From the NCBI GenBank assembly GCA_002399265.1, contig DHDG01000039.1, positions 33,847-97,846 on the forward strand: a stretch of 64,000 bases of DNA, read 5' to 3'. How positions within the stretch are numbered: the stretch's first letter is position 1; each line of letters opens with the position of its first letter. Shown one piece after another: positions 18,528 through 27,406 of the stretch. Source of the DNA: Firmicutes bacterium UBA4882. GTDB lineage: Bacteria > Bacillota > UBA4882. The position numbers and the translations under genes were made by a program. Below the pieces are notes generated by a model. That model was given only the letters and a program-made list of their open reading frames with translations, was not told the DNA's origin and made no database searches.

Positions 18528-18556
18528 TTGACAAAGATCGAAAAAGATCATATAAT
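18528..18556 (+). promoter_or_regulatory. Sigma-A promoter for tRNA-Pro (TTGACA-17-TATAAT)
   Basis: Both hexamers are a perfect match to consensus with a 17-nt spacer, about 30 nt upstream of the tRNA. Confidence 0.7.
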
Positions 18557-18586
18557 TATTAGTGTCCCTTTAATCAGACGTTTGTT

Positions 18587-18663
<77 letters not shown>

Positions 18664-18671
18664 TTGAAATC

Positions 18672-18704
18672 AAGGGTTTTGGCTTTTGCCGAAACCCTTT
18701 TTTG
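18672..18704 (+). terminator. Rho-independent terminator after tRNA-Pro
   Basis: The stem aagggttttggc/gccgaaaccctt is followed by TTTTT. Confidence 0.65.
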
Positions 18705-18871
18705 ATAAGTTTTTTGATAGGCATTTCATAGATGCGCCACATCTGCGGGCCGCCGTCCCTTTCCGTTGCGTTTTAAATCCCCGAATCCGAATCAATAGCA
18801 GGAGAGCTGAAAGTTTTGGGGAAATAAAAACAAGATAGTATTTCTTCATTGGTTCCCAAACTAGGGGGGAT

Positions 18872-20410
18872 GTGAAGTTGGTTCGAAAAAAACAACGGTT
18901 ATTCCTATATTTGATGATACTAATCGCAGCTTTAATCGCATTACGGGTTGCTCCGGCAAACGTGGCCGCTCAGACGTCTGCCACAACCTCGACGACTCCG
19001 CAAGCATTGCAGGGCAAGCAGCAACCGGCGGCGCAGCCGTCAGTGGAACCATCCATTCCTCTTTTTGGCAAGCAGGTGCTTTGGGAAGGCTTGCCGCAAT
19101 CTGAGGTCGGATTGCATTTTGCAGACCTCGATTTGGACGGGCTATCCGAAGTCATCTCTGTCTCAGAAGGAAGTGCCAAAATTTACAAGGCGTTTAATCG
19201 CCACTTTGAACTGCAGGCTACCATATTTTTAGAAGGCAAGAATTTCGTTTCCATTAATTCTGCAGATTTAGACGCCGATGGAAGCATTGAAATAATTCTG
19301 GGTACTGACGACCTTGGCTATTTAGCAATATACCGGTGGGATAACCGCCCGGTTCCCGTTGCTGTTAGTCGCCACACCTGGAAACCTGTTGAGCATATTA
19401 TCATTATTGATACTGAAGGAGACGGACTGAAGGAGATCTTCTCTGTCGCCTCTGATGGCGATGCCACCTTGTTTCGTTTTTCAGGTACTTCTATCGACGC
19501 AATCTGGCGCGGAGCAAAGGCGTTTCCTGATATCAAGACTTTTGCGACCATTCAGCTTGACGGAAGTGGACCGGAAGAACTACTGACTGTTGATAAGACC
19601 AGAAATGGTTTTGTGATCTATTCGTGGCAAAAAGGCGTTCTGAAAAAAATGTTGGAAAACTTGCCTTGGGGTGGCATTCTAGACTTTGTCGTCTGTGACA
19701 TCGATGGCGACGGAGCTGATGACATTCTAGCCATATCCGCCAGACGCATGTTTTACGCTTTTACTTGCATCGAGGGGGGCGTGCAGCAGAAAATTGCACC
19801 ATTTGAAACGCCAACCTTATGCGGCCGGATTTTCCAGTCTACTGACTTTCCGGGATCCTTTGCTTTAATTAGCAACTCATCATCGCAAGTGTTCAGTTAT
19901 TTTTGGAATAACGGTTCCCCAAAGGAACTAGCCCGCAGCACTACTTTTGGCCGTTCGCGTTTATTTACACTACTGCGTAATGAGGAGCTACTTTTCATTC
20001 TCAATACGGGAGAAATGATTTCGGTGGCCATGACGGCCCCTGAAAAACCGGATTTGATTGGCGTAATACTTAAAGATCGGCTGACAGTCTGGGAGCATTC
20101 ACCGCAGTTAGTGGAAGGCCATCCATACCTGCCATTGAGTGAGCTTGAGAGTATTCTTCCTCTGGAATGTGTTTTGTCTACAGAAAGTGGGGTAGGATAT
20201 CTTACGGCTTGGACAGGCACTTTTGCTTTCAAAACCGATAGCCCAATACTACTATTTACGATATTGCCCGACTGCACGCCGGAAATTCTGGCCAACCCGG
20301 TCCGCACATTTAGTGACGGGCAAGTTTACCTTCCATTAGAAATGATTAACCGGGTCCTACCCGGAAGAATTAAATGGGATGGCGACCGGGTAATATTGAT
20401 TGTCGGATGA
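18872..20410 (+). CDS. Secreted FG-GAP/VCBS-like repeat protein with C-terminal copper-amine-oxidase N-terminal-like (stalk) domain
   Basis: A signal peptide is present. Repeated DxDGDG calcium-binding-like motifs occur (DLDGLSE, DLDADGS, DIDGDGADD). The C-terminal ...GQVYLPLEMINRVLPGRIKWDGDRVILIV motif is present. The start is GTG after AGGGGGGA. Confidence 0.6.
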   Translation: MKLVRKKQRLFLYLMILIAALIALRVAPANVAAQTSATTSTTPQALQGKQQPAAQPSVEPSIPLFGKQVLWEGLPQSEVGLHFADLDLDGLSEVISVSEGSAKIYKAFNRHFELQATIFLEGKNFVSINSADLDADGSIEIILGTDDLGYLAIYRWDNRPVPVAVSRHTWKPVEHIIIIDTEGDGLKEIFSVASDGDATLFRFSGTSIDAIWRGAKAFPDIKTFATIQLDGSGPEELLTVDKTRNGFVIYSWQKGVLKKMLENLPWGGILDFVVCDIDGDGADDILAISARRMFYAFTCIEGGVQQKIAPFETPTLCGRIFQSTDFPGSFALISNSSSQVFSYFWNNGSPKELARSTTFGRSRLFTLLRNEELLFILNTGEMISVAMTAPEKPDLIGVILKDRLTVWEHSPQLVEGHPYLPLSELESILPLECVLSTESGVGYLTAWTGTFAFKTDSPILLFTILPDCTPEILANPVRTFSDGQVYLPLEMINRVLPGRIKWDGDRVILIVG

Positions 20411-20493
20411 TTGTCAACTGATTGCTGATTTGCCCTGGCGGGTCATAAGTGCGTTTCCCTCCTGCATAGTAATATTGTAGATGTAGGAGGGGA

Positions 20494-20895
20494 GTGTCCG
20501 ACATGAAAGATAACGCGGTTAGGGAAAATAGCTCTACGATTGGTGCCATTGTGCGCGGCTTGTTTATTTCCCTGCTGTTTGGCGTTGTGGTACTAATTCT
20601 GTTTACGATCGTTTTGTCCGTAATGGGCGCGCGTCCAACCGACGTACCGATGACGATTGTTCTTCTTTCGTATGTTACTGCCCTATTTGGCAGTATCACT
20701 GCTGGCAGACACTCGCCAAACCGCGGATGGCTGGCAGGCGGCTTAACTGGTGCTTTGTTTATGATCCTGCTGCTATTGTTCTTTGCCATGATTCCGGAAT
20801 CTGTTCTGAGCTGGCCTTTGGCGCTACTTCGCATTGCCTGCGCTTTTCCGGTGGGTGCGCTTGGCGGAATGCTGGGGGTCAACATTGGAACGTGA
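20494..20895 (+). CDS. Small integral membrane protein (4 predicted TM helices)
   Basis: The hydrophobicity pattern supports TM helices. AGGAGGGGAG lies upstream. Confidence 0.5.
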   Translation: MSDMKDNAVRENSSTIGAIVRGLFISLLFGVVVLILFTIVLSVMGARPTDVPMTIVLLSYVTALFGSITAGRHSPNRGWLAGGLTGALFMILLLLFFAMIPESVLSWPLALLRIACAFPVGALGGMLGVNIGT

Positions 20896-20979
20896 GTGGG
20901 TGAGTGAGCAGCAGGAGTAGGGGAGCTGATTGGGTAGTGTCTGGGTGGGGTGAGACTTAGAATGGTTTCAAATGCCTGC

Positions 20980-21008
20980 TTGACGTCCCTTTGTAGATCG
21001 AGTATAAT
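20980..21008 (+). promoter_or_regulatory. Sigma-A promoter for tRNA-Trp (TTGACG-17-TATAAT)
   Basis: Near-consensus hexamers with a 17-nt spacer lie ~20 nt upstream of the tRNA. Confidence 0.7.
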
Positions 21009-21026
21009 AAAAAAGCACTCACACGC

Positions 21027-21102
21027 AGGGGAGTAGCTCAATTGGTAGAGCATCGGTCTCCAAAACCGAGGGCTGCGGGTTCAAGTCCTGTCTCCCCTGC
21101 CA
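21027..21102 (+). tRNA. tRNA-Trp (anticodon CCA)
   Basis: The acceptor stem is aggggag/ctcccct. The anticodon loop reads cuCCAaa. The sequence ends in ...CCCCTGCCA, like Bacillus tRNA-Trp. Confidence 0.85.
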
Positions 21103-21112
21103 AATATGATTT

Positions 21113-21145
21113 CGCGGCCTTTGGTGGAACCAGAGGCTTTTTTTG
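21113..21145 (+). terminator. Probable terminator after tRNA-Trp
   Basis: An 8-bp stem gcctttgg/ccagaggc (one G-U pair) is followed by TTTTTTT. Confidence 0.45.
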
Positions 21146-21195
21146 TTATTCATCGACGAAGGACTTTCTTGGACAATAGCGTATTCATTAGAATG

Positions 21196-21215
21196 GTAAT
21201 AATACGTGTTATTAC
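21196..21215. promoter_or_regulatory. 20-bp perfect inverted repeat (gtaataa-tacgtg-ttattac) immediately upstream of the -10 TATAAT of pduL: candidate operator
   Basis: The palindrome abuts the tataat at 21218-21223 in the pduL upstream region. Confidence 0.4.
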
Positions 21216-21240
21216 GGTATAATAAGAGGGGGATGCATCT

Positions 21241-21825
21241 ATGGAAAAACAACCTTTATCAATCCCGGTCGGGGTTTCCAATCGGCATCTGCATCTGAGC
21301 CAAGCTGATCTGGAAGTGCTTTTTGGCAAAGGCTATCAATTGACAGTTAAGAAAGATCTCGGCCAGCCGGGTCAATTCGCTGCTGAAGAGACTGTTGATG
21401 TCCAGGGCCCGAAAAACACGATCAGCCGAATCCGGATTCTTGGTCCGATCAGAAAGCAGACCCAGATCGAAGTATCACTTACTGATTCCTTTACATTAGG
21501 CATTACGCCGCCAGTGCGTGATTCCGGTTCGCTGGCTGGATCACCTGGCGTGATCGTTAAAGGACCGCAAGGACAGATTGAGTTAAAAGAAGGCGTTGTC
21601 GCAGCCAAGCGTCACATCCATTGCACTCCGGAAGAAGCCGTCCAGCTTGGTGTAAAAGATATGGACATCGTTTCTGTTGCTGTGAAAGGCGGCGAGCGTT
21701 CCTTGACTTTTGGTGACGTCCTTGTACGCGTGCGTAATGACTTCGCCCTTGAATTCCATGTTGACACCGATGAAGCTAATGCCGCCGCTCTCAAGAACGG
21801 TGACTTGGTGCATATCGTACGTTAA
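21241..21825 (+). CDS. pduL: Phosphate propanoyltransferase PduL-like (EutD-type phosphotransacylase)
   Basis: Two PduL half-domains are present, with SNRHLHLS and AAKRHIHC motifs. RBS AGAGGGGGA is present. Confidence 0.75.
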   Translation: MEKQPLSIPVGVSNRHLHLSQADLEVLFGKGYQLTVKKDLGQPGQFAAEETVDVQGPKNTISRIRILGPIRKQTQIEVSLTDSFTLGITPPVRDSGSLAGSPGVIVKGPQGQIELKEGVVAAKRHIHCTPEEAVQLGVKDMDIVSVAVKGGERSLTFGDVLVRVRNDFALEFHVDTDEANAAALKNGDLVHIVR

Positions 21826-21851
21826 ATAACAGATTGAATCAGGTGAGAAGA

Positions 21852-22052
21852 ATGCCACTCTATGAATTTATCTGTGCCTCTTGTGGGAAAAAGTTTGAGG
21901 AATTATGTCGCACCTCTGAACAGACAGATGTTAGGTGTCCAGCATGTGGCTCGGAGAAAGCCGCACGTCAATTATCTGCATTTGCATGCAAAGGTGGCGG
22001 CTCCAGCTGCGGTGGTTCCTGTTCTGGCGGCTCGTGTTCGTCTTGTCACTAA
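21852..22052 (+). CDS. FmdB-family zinc-ribbon protein with Gly/Ser/Cys-rich tail
   Basis: The N-terminus MPLYEFICASCG...CPACGS is the FmdB CxxC...CxxC pattern. The ATG follows AGGTGAG. The track ORF starts 18 nt earlier. Confidence 0.65.
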   Translation: MPLYEFICASCGKKFEELCRTSEQTDVRCPACGSEKAARQLSAFACKGGGSSCGGSCSGGSCSSCH

Positions 22053-22107
22053 AGAACGTCCCAAGCCTAGAACCAGGCCAAAGAATGTCCTTAAATAAAC
22101 CCGAATT

Positions 22108-22133
22108 AAACCCGCCTCTTTGGGCGGGTTTTA
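22108..22133 (+). terminator. Rho-independent terminator
   Basis: The stem aaacccgcc/ggcgggttt is followed by T-rich sequence. Confidence 0.6.
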
Positions 22134-22241
22134 GCATCAGGATCCCGATTTCAAAATTCTAGTTTACATAAGATATATTATAGGACTCAAAAAATCGAAA
22201 AGGCAGACACCACCGAAGCTCAAATTTGGGCTGTGGCTCGA

Positions 22242-22523
22242 TTATTTTGACTTTAAGGTGTAAACCTCAGCCGAGCTTTTCTTGGTTAGTCTGAGCCTTT
22301 GTAGGGACTTCCCGGGAGACTTAAATGGCTTTAGCGCGGGTTTCGATGTCTCCGGACCTTCTTGCTGCCATAAAATCTCGGTTACTTCAATCGCTCTGTA
22401 ATCTGCGTCAAGGCCGATACAGGCCCCGCAGTTGTCGCAAATCTTAGAAGGATCTACGTCGCACTTCAAGCACTCTCCGCAGTTATTGCAGATTTTGTCC
22501 TCGGTCAATACACACTCTTTCAA
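22242..22523 (-). CDS. Small cysteine-rich protein (three CxxC(G)xC motifs, putative zinc ribbon)
   Basis: The start is TTG, preceded by AGGCGGTG. Regularly spaced Cys pairs occur. The gene is not recognised. Confidence 0.35.
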   Translation of the reverse strand: MKECVLTEDKICNNCGECLKCDVDPSKICDNCGACIGLDADYRAIEVTEILWQQEGPETSKPALKPFKSPGKSLQRLRLTKKSSAEVYTLKSK

Positions 22524-22635
22524 AACAGCACCGCCTATATTTAAAATCCAGAGATCACAACTTCGGTCCTGCTTGTTTTTCTTCCTGACGGCGCAAATCC
22601 CTTTATTGGACTAGACAATCAGATATATTTGTTGT

Positions 22636-22932
22636 TTATGGAAGCTGTAAAAGCATGCCAGGCTGAAGATTTTTGGATGCCAGGCCATTGAGCTTGCAGA
22701 TCTGATTAACTGTAACGCGTGGGTCGCAATCTGGATTATGCTTAACAGCAATATTCCACAAAGTATCTCCTGGACGAACTACCGTAAATTCTTCGTTTTG
22801 AGCAGGTTTTTCACTAGATAGCGCTGTTGTTGCCAAGATTAAGAATAACACAGAAAGTATTGCCATATTTCGAAGAAATATAAGCGGTCTCCAACGCAAA
22901 CGTTTTTTTACCTGCATTATTCCCCACCCCAA
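22636..22932 (-). CDS. yneA: LysM-domain membrane protein, YneA-like SOS cell-division inhibitor candidate
   Basis: A LysM motif (VRPGDTLWNIAVKH...) follows an N-terminal TM helix. The gene is divergent from lexA and shares the LexA-box region with it. Confidence 0.6.
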   Translation of the reverse strand: MGWGIMQVKKRLRWRPLIFLRNMAILSVLFLILATTALSSEKPAQNEEFTVVRPGDTLWNIAVKHNPDCDPRVTVNQICKLNGLASKNLQPGMLLQLP

Positions 22933-22943
22933 ACATTCGTTCG
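22931..22943. promoter_or_regulatory. LexA (Cheo) box 1: CGAACgaatGTTT on the minus strand
   Basis: Matches the GAAC-N4-GTTC/T Firmicute SOS box. Confidence 0.6.
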
Positions 22944-22961
22944 TTCATTTGAATTATAGCA

Positions 22962-22975
22962 CGAACATATGTTCC
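22962..22975. promoter_or_regulatory. LexA (Cheo) box 2: CGAACATATGTTCC, perfect
   Basis: Exact CGAACRNRYGTTYC consensus. Confidence 0.8.
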
Positions 22976-22989
22976 GGTCAATGCTAAAT

Positions 22990-23003
22990 CGAACAAATGT
23001 TTG
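22990..23003. promoter_or_regulatory. LexA (Cheo) box 3: CGAACAAATGTTTG, overlapping the lexA -35
   Basis: GAAC-N4-GTTT. The box overlaps the TTGCAT hexamer of the lexA promoter. Confidence 0.65.
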
Positions 23004-23029
23004 CATATTGAAAATGATTATGTTATAAT
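23001..23029 (+). promoter_or_regulatory. Sigma-A promoter for lexA (TTGCAT-17-TATAAT)
   Basis: Hexamers with a 17-nt spacer lie ~65 nt upstream of the lexA GTG. Confidence 0.65.
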
Positions 23030-23093
23030 TTTCCTAGGACTAATAAGTCTGTTTTTTTCTTGCCTTTATATGTTTTGAGAGGAGTGTCGAGTT

Positions 23094-23702
23094 GTGGAAG
23101 ATCTGACTGCTCGCCAACAAGAAATCCTCGATTTTATTAGAAAAGAAGTGCGCGAAAAGGGCTATCCTCCCTCTGTACGTGAAATTGGCGAAGCTGTAAA
23201 CCTGAGCTCAAGTTCTACAGTTCATTCCCACTTAGAACGTCTCGAGAAGCTCGGATACATCCGTCGAGATCCGACCAAGCCGAGAGCCATTGAAATCCTT
23301 TCTGAATCATCAACCGCCCCTGCCCCTGTAATCAATGTACCTTTAATTGGACGGGTGGCGGCCGGCTCGCCCATTCTCGCCGAACAAAATGTTGAGGACA
23401 TCTATCCCCTGCCAAAAGACTTTGTCTTATACGAAGATGCTTTTATGCTTAAAGTCCGTGGCGACAGCATGATTGAGACGGGCATCTTCGATGGAGATTT
23501 GGTAGTAGTGCGTCGCACGACCGATGCCAGGAACGGAGAGATCGTGGTCGCACTTGTCGGAGAGGAAGCTACCGTAAAGCGCTTTTTCCGCGAAAAAGAC
23601 TGCATCCGTCTTCAACCCGAAAATTCAGCTATGGAGCCTATTATGGTGAAAGATGTTACAATCTTGGGTAAGGTCACGGGCCTGCTACGCAAGATTCATT
23701 AG
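23094..23702 (+). CDS. lexA: LexA repressor
   Basis: The N-terminal wHTH ([13 protein letters not shown]...[10 protein letters not shown]) and the C-terminal S24 peptidase motifs (VAAG...GDSM) are present. The start is GTG after GAGAGGAG. Confidence 0.9.
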   Translation: MEDLTARQQEILDFIRKEVREKGYPPSVREIGEAVNLSSSSTVHSHLERLEKLGYIRRDPTKPRAIEILSESSTAPAPVINVPLIGRVAAGSPILAEQNVEDIYPLPKDFVLYEDAFMLKVRGDSMIETGIFDGDLVVVRRTTDARNGEIVVALVGEEATVKRFFREKDCIRLQPENSAMEPIMVKDVTILGKVTGLLRKIH

Positions 23703-23726
23703 TACTCAATCATCTAAAGCACAAAG

Positions 23727-23767
23727 AACCCGCAGAAGCTTGAGCCTCTGCGGGTTCGTCATTTTTC
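23727..23767. terminator. Bidirectional rho-independent terminator between lexA and the convergent surE-side operon
   Basis: The stem gaacccgcagaag/cctctgcgggttc has U-rich flanks on both strands. Confidence 0.55.
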
Positions 23768-23804
23768 AACAAATGTTCCAAGCAATAGGGTCTGTCCCAA
23801 CGGA

Positions 23805-24008
23805 TTACTCCCTGGAATCGCCTTCGGGATGATCGTTGCTAGATGAGTCGTATATGATAATGCGGTAATTTGTGCCGTCCAGTGTTAATCCAAAAATCAA
23901 ATCCCGGTCTTTGAGGGTTTTGTTCAGGAATGTCACTAGTTGGTGCGTTTCTCCTTTAAGACGAAATGACTTTTCGCCTAAAATCGGAAGCTTGGTGTGC
24001 TGCGTCAT
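23805..24008 (-). CDS. Small hypothetical protein (67 aa) translationally coupled to surE (ATGA overlap)
   Basis: The ATG overlaps the surE TGA stop. No homolog is recognised. Confidence 0.45.
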   Translation of the reverse strand: MTQHTKLPILGEKSFRLKGETHQLVTFLNKTLKDRDLIFGLTLDGTNYRIIIYDSSSNDHPEGDSRE

Positions 24009-24874
24009 GGTGTACCTCCCGAAAGGTCGTCTACATTAAGAGCAGACCCATACGTGTTTTGGGCGTTTTTGGCGCTAGCGCCGGTCGGCTGTTTGAAAGG
24101 AACCGTAGCAAAACACGCTTCATCAATGACCTTACTGACGGCCGGTATGATATCCGCACGCGTCAGGTCAAATTGAAGCGGTGTCACAGACACTTTGTTC
24201 TGAAGGATAGCATCAAGATCGGTATCTTTTTCGCTGTTCATAACCGGCTCTCCGGCAATCCAGTAGTAGACTTTTCCCCGGGGGTCGACCCTCCTCTCAA
24301 TCACTTTGCTGTATTGGCGTCTTCCCAAACGTGCCACTGCGATGCCAGCAAGTTCCTCAGATCGCACTCCTGGGACATTAATGTTCAACAGCGTATTCTG
24401 TGGTAAAGGGTTTTTCAGCATAACAGCGGCAATTTCGGCGGCAACTTCTGCTGCCAACTCGAATCCGTCTCCAGAAAGGTCACAGAGCGAGACAGCCATC
24501 GCCGGAAAGCCAATCAGCGTGGCTTCAATGGCGGCTGATACAGTCCCGGAATAAAGAACATCTGTGCCTAGATTAGAGCCACGGTTAATGCCCGAGATTA
24601 CCAGATCCGGTTGCTCTGGTAGCAGCGCCCCTTCAATCGCCAGCTTGACGCAGTCTGCAGGTGTGCCGTCGACTTCCCAAGCCTGGGCCGCACCAGGAAT
24701 TTTGCGTTCTAACATACGTAGCGGGCGATGCAACGATATTGCATGCCCGCATGCACTCTGTTCGCGATCTGGAGCGATAACGTAGACTTTTCCCAGTTGT
24801 GAAATTCGATTACACAAAATATGCAAGCCTTCGGAATGGATGCCATCGTCATTCGCCAGTAGAAAAACAGCCAT
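24005..24874 (-). CDS. surE: 5'/3'-nucleotidase SurE
   Basis: The N-terminal motif LLANDDGIHSEGL is present, with full-length SurE similarity. Confidence 0.9.
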   Translation of the reverse strand: MAVFLLANDDGIHSEGLHILCNRISQLGKVYVIAPDREQSACGHAISLHRPLRMLERKIPGAAQAWEVDGTPADCVKLAIEGALLPEQPDLVISGINRGSNLGTDVLYSGTVSAAIEATLIGFPAMAVSLCDLSGDGFELAAEVAAEIAAVMLKNPLPQNTLLNINVPGVRSEELAGIAVARLGRRQYSKVIERRVDPRGKVYYWIAGEPVMNSEKDTDLDAILQNKVSVTPLQFDLTRADIIPAVSKVIDEACFATVPFKQPTGASAKNAQNTYGSALNVDDLSGGTP

Positions 24875-25530
24875 TATAAGTTTCTCACCCGTACTTTCAA
24901 AATTCCCTCAACATCTTTTAGTTCCCCAGCCAGTTGTGCAACCCCTGATCCACGTCCTGTTACATGTAGCGTCATATTAGCTTCTCCTTGATCGTCAGGT
25001 TCGATATTCACGTCCCGGATACTGAAATGCAGATTGCCAAGGACAACTGCAATAGCTCCCAATTGACCGGGACGATCCAGGATCCGGCACTCAATGATCA
25101 AAGTTTTCGAAGAAACAATATTTCTCTCGGCCTTATCCAGCAGCGTCAGGGTGCCTACAGCCATAAAGGCCGTAATCACAGCAGGAAGATAAAAACCGCT
25201 TCCCACCGCCAGACCAATTCCAGCAACCACCCAAAGACTCGCGGCAGTAGTCAGACCCCTGATGTTGGCACCTTCACGCATAATTGTGCCAGCTCCCAAG
25301 AAGCCAATTCCGCTAACCACCTGGGCTGCCAATCGAGCTGGATCGCGGGCTGTACCAAATTCGGGAAACGCATAGGCCGACACAATCATAATCAAGGCCG
25401 AACCGACACAAACGAGAATATGTGTGCGCAATCCCGCAGGTCGTCCGTGGCTTTCGCGCTCCAGTCCTATAAAGCCGCCCAAAATGCCGGCGCTAATCAA
25501 ACGGGCGATAATCTGCCAGTTATTGCCCAC
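24874..25530 (-). CDS. mgtC: MgtC/SapB-family membrane protein
   Basis: The MgtC signature ARLISAGILGGFIGLERE and an ACT-like C-terminal domain are present. The stop overlaps the surE start by 1 nt. Confidence 0.8.
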   Translation of the reverse strand: MGNNWQIIARLISAGILGGFIGLERESHGRPAGLRTHILVCVGSALIMIVSAYAFPEFGTARDPARLAAQVVSGIGFLGAGTIMREGANIRGLTTAASLWVVAGIGLAVGSGFYLPAVITAFMAVGTLTLLDKAERNIVSSKTLIIECRILDRPGQLGAIAVVLGNLHFSIRDVNIEPDDQGEANMTLHVTGRGSGVAQLAGELKDVEGILKVRVRNL

Positions 25531-25582
25531 TCCTACTCACATCCCCTGCCATCCATGCTTTCACAATATTGATGCCTCATTC

Positions 25583-27346
25583 TTATTGTGATAGATTTTG
25601 AATAAAATAACCAAACATCGCAGGCGTTATTCCGGGAAACGCTCTGCAAAGAGCTTCTATATCGATGGTATTGCTCTTAGCAAAAACGCGCAGTTGCTCC
25701 AGTGTATTTTCAATCTCAGGAATGGTCGAACCGCCAAGCGGGGTCAGGGTATTATTGCTCCATTTCAGTACCAGCTGGGACGATTGAAGCCAAAGGTTAG
25801 GATCAACCATTTCATCAATCAAGACAAGCTTGGGTGAAAGTGCTGCCAGCAACTCACATGACTCAGTATTTTGAGAATCCAGTAAAAACAGTGATGGCTT
25901 ATCCAGAAACTCCAATGCAATAGCAGGGACTGGCGCGTTCTTTGTCTTATTAATCCCTTGCAGCAGTGCAATGCTGAACCGGTCAGCGGCAATTGCTTTT
26001 CGCAGGCTTTTGGCCAAATCAGCGCGGGCCTCGGGAGAATCAGCATTCAGTGTGAGCTTTGCTAACAAACCTAAAAGTGACTCCAATTCCGATTGGATGC
26101 GACTTAATTGGAACTGCACAACTACCTTTTCCTGATCGGCAACCAGACCGCCATATTTGCCAGAATATCTGTTCAATAAATCTGACAGACGGCTCAGACT
26201 TTTTTCATATTTTCGCTGGGCCTTAGACGGGCTACTCTTGCCAGGATCCTTAAGCAGTTCACTTTCAATTTTAATGGTCTTTGATAGTGCCTTATAGACT
26301 TTTCTATTATCGAGAAACAGCGCCGGGTTAAACTGAATGGCCGGAACAGGCATTGCTTTTAGCCGACCTAAATCTTTAATAAGCGCATTCTCTTCACCCT
26401 TGAGTTTTCCATATTGATCAAGCAAGACCAAATGTTGTTCAAGAGTTTTGATTTCCTTTTCCAGGGAATCAAGCACTTCTTGCCTGAATGATAACTGCTG
26501 CCAGACCTGAACAAGCTGCTGCGATAGATCATATAGCTCTTTTTCTCCGCCGTAATAGGCAGGCGGATCCATCTGAGACAGACAGTCTTTTAAAGTGCCA
26601 ACAATTGGACCTGACATGACACAAGCCACAAATTTCTTGCGTTCATCTTTGAGAGAGAAGGACCATTTTATCAATGCAGCGGCGATTTCGGGGAGCGGAG
26701 CTGAATTCCAGTTCAGAGGCAGATATTTGTTTTTGAGTATAGCAACCTGCTGCTCAGTGATTTCTTTACCGACCAGCTGTGCAAAGCAGTCCGGTGAATG
26801 CGCAGGTACAACTTGAGGTACTGTGGCCCCGGAGAAAAAACTTCCGACATTCTGATTGCCCGCCAGAGTTTTGGAACCAGCCATGTCGTTCATGTTATTT
26901 AGAAAAGCAGTATAATCGCTTTTGGGTAACTCAAATTGCAGGACATCAGAAATCTCCTGATTACCCGTATTATCCAGCAGGTTCTGATGATCATACCCCG
27001 GAATTATTATTTCCCAACGCATCGGCAGCTGCTGCCCATATGCTGACATTAAATCGAAAATGTCATGTGAAAGCTTAAAGCAATGTATCACACAAATAAC
27101 GGTGCCCTGTCCGCCTGGGTGCGCGACAGGGCCACCGCATTCAAGCACTGTGTCACCGGCGACTAAGTAAACTGTTTTGTTCTTTTCGGCCCCGGTGATC
27201 TTTTTTTTGAGTAATGAGTTTAATTCATCACGGACTTTTTCATCTGAATCAATTGACGTTGCCCCAAGAATACTACGCAATTCGCTCCAGGATGCATGAT
27301 CAAATGTCAAGAAATAGTTGTCCGTGGATTGTCCTAAATTATGCAA
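25583..27346 (-). CDS. Hypothetical 587-aa soluble protein (N-terminal alpha/beta region, central coiled-coil-rich region); third gene of a cryptic three-gene operon
   Basis: No recognisable domain or nucleotide-binding motif. The ATG is preceded by GGGGGG 12 nt upstream. The gene follows gene B after a 60-nt spacer without a terminator. Confidence 0.6.
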   Translation of the reverse strand: MHNLGQSTDNYFLTFDHASWSELRSILGATSIDSDEKVRDELNSLLKKKITGAEKNKTVYLVAGDTVLECGGPVAHPGGQGTVICVIHCFKLSHDIFDLMSAYGQQLPMRWEIIIPGYDHQNLLDNTGNQEISDVLQFELPKSDYTAFLNNMNDMAGSKTLAGNQNVGSFFSGATVPQVVPAHSPDCFAQLVGKEITEQQVAILKNKYLPLNWNSAPLPEIAAALIKWSFSLKDERKKFVACVMSGPIVGTLKDCLSQMDPPAYYGGEKELYDLSQQLVQVWQQLSFRQEVLDSLEKEIKTLEQHLVLLDQYGKLKGEENALIKDLGRLKAMPVPAIQFNPALFLDNRKVYKALSKTIKIESELLKDPGKSSPSKAQRKYEKSLSRLSDLLNRYSGKYGGLVADQEKVVVQFQLSRIQSELESLLGLLAKLTLNADSPEARADLAKSLRKAIAADRFSIALLQGINKTKNAPVPAIALEFLDKPSLFLLDSQNTESCELLAALSPKLVLIDEMVDPNLWLQSSQLVLKWSNNTLTPLGGSTIPEIENTLEQLRVFAKSNTIDIEALCRAFPGITPAMFGYFIQNLSQ

Positions 27347-27406
27347 ACGGACTTCCCCCCTAAATGGGTGAGGCCAGAATGTTGAATCGTTATTGCTCAG
27401 TCAGAC

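Noticed and set aside
20370-21053. Minus-strand 227-aa ORF overlapping the small membrane protein gene and tRNA-Trp
   Set aside because: It overlaps a tRNA gene and its promoter, has proline/serine-rich low-complexity translation and has no RBS. It is a spurious frame in a GC-balanced region.
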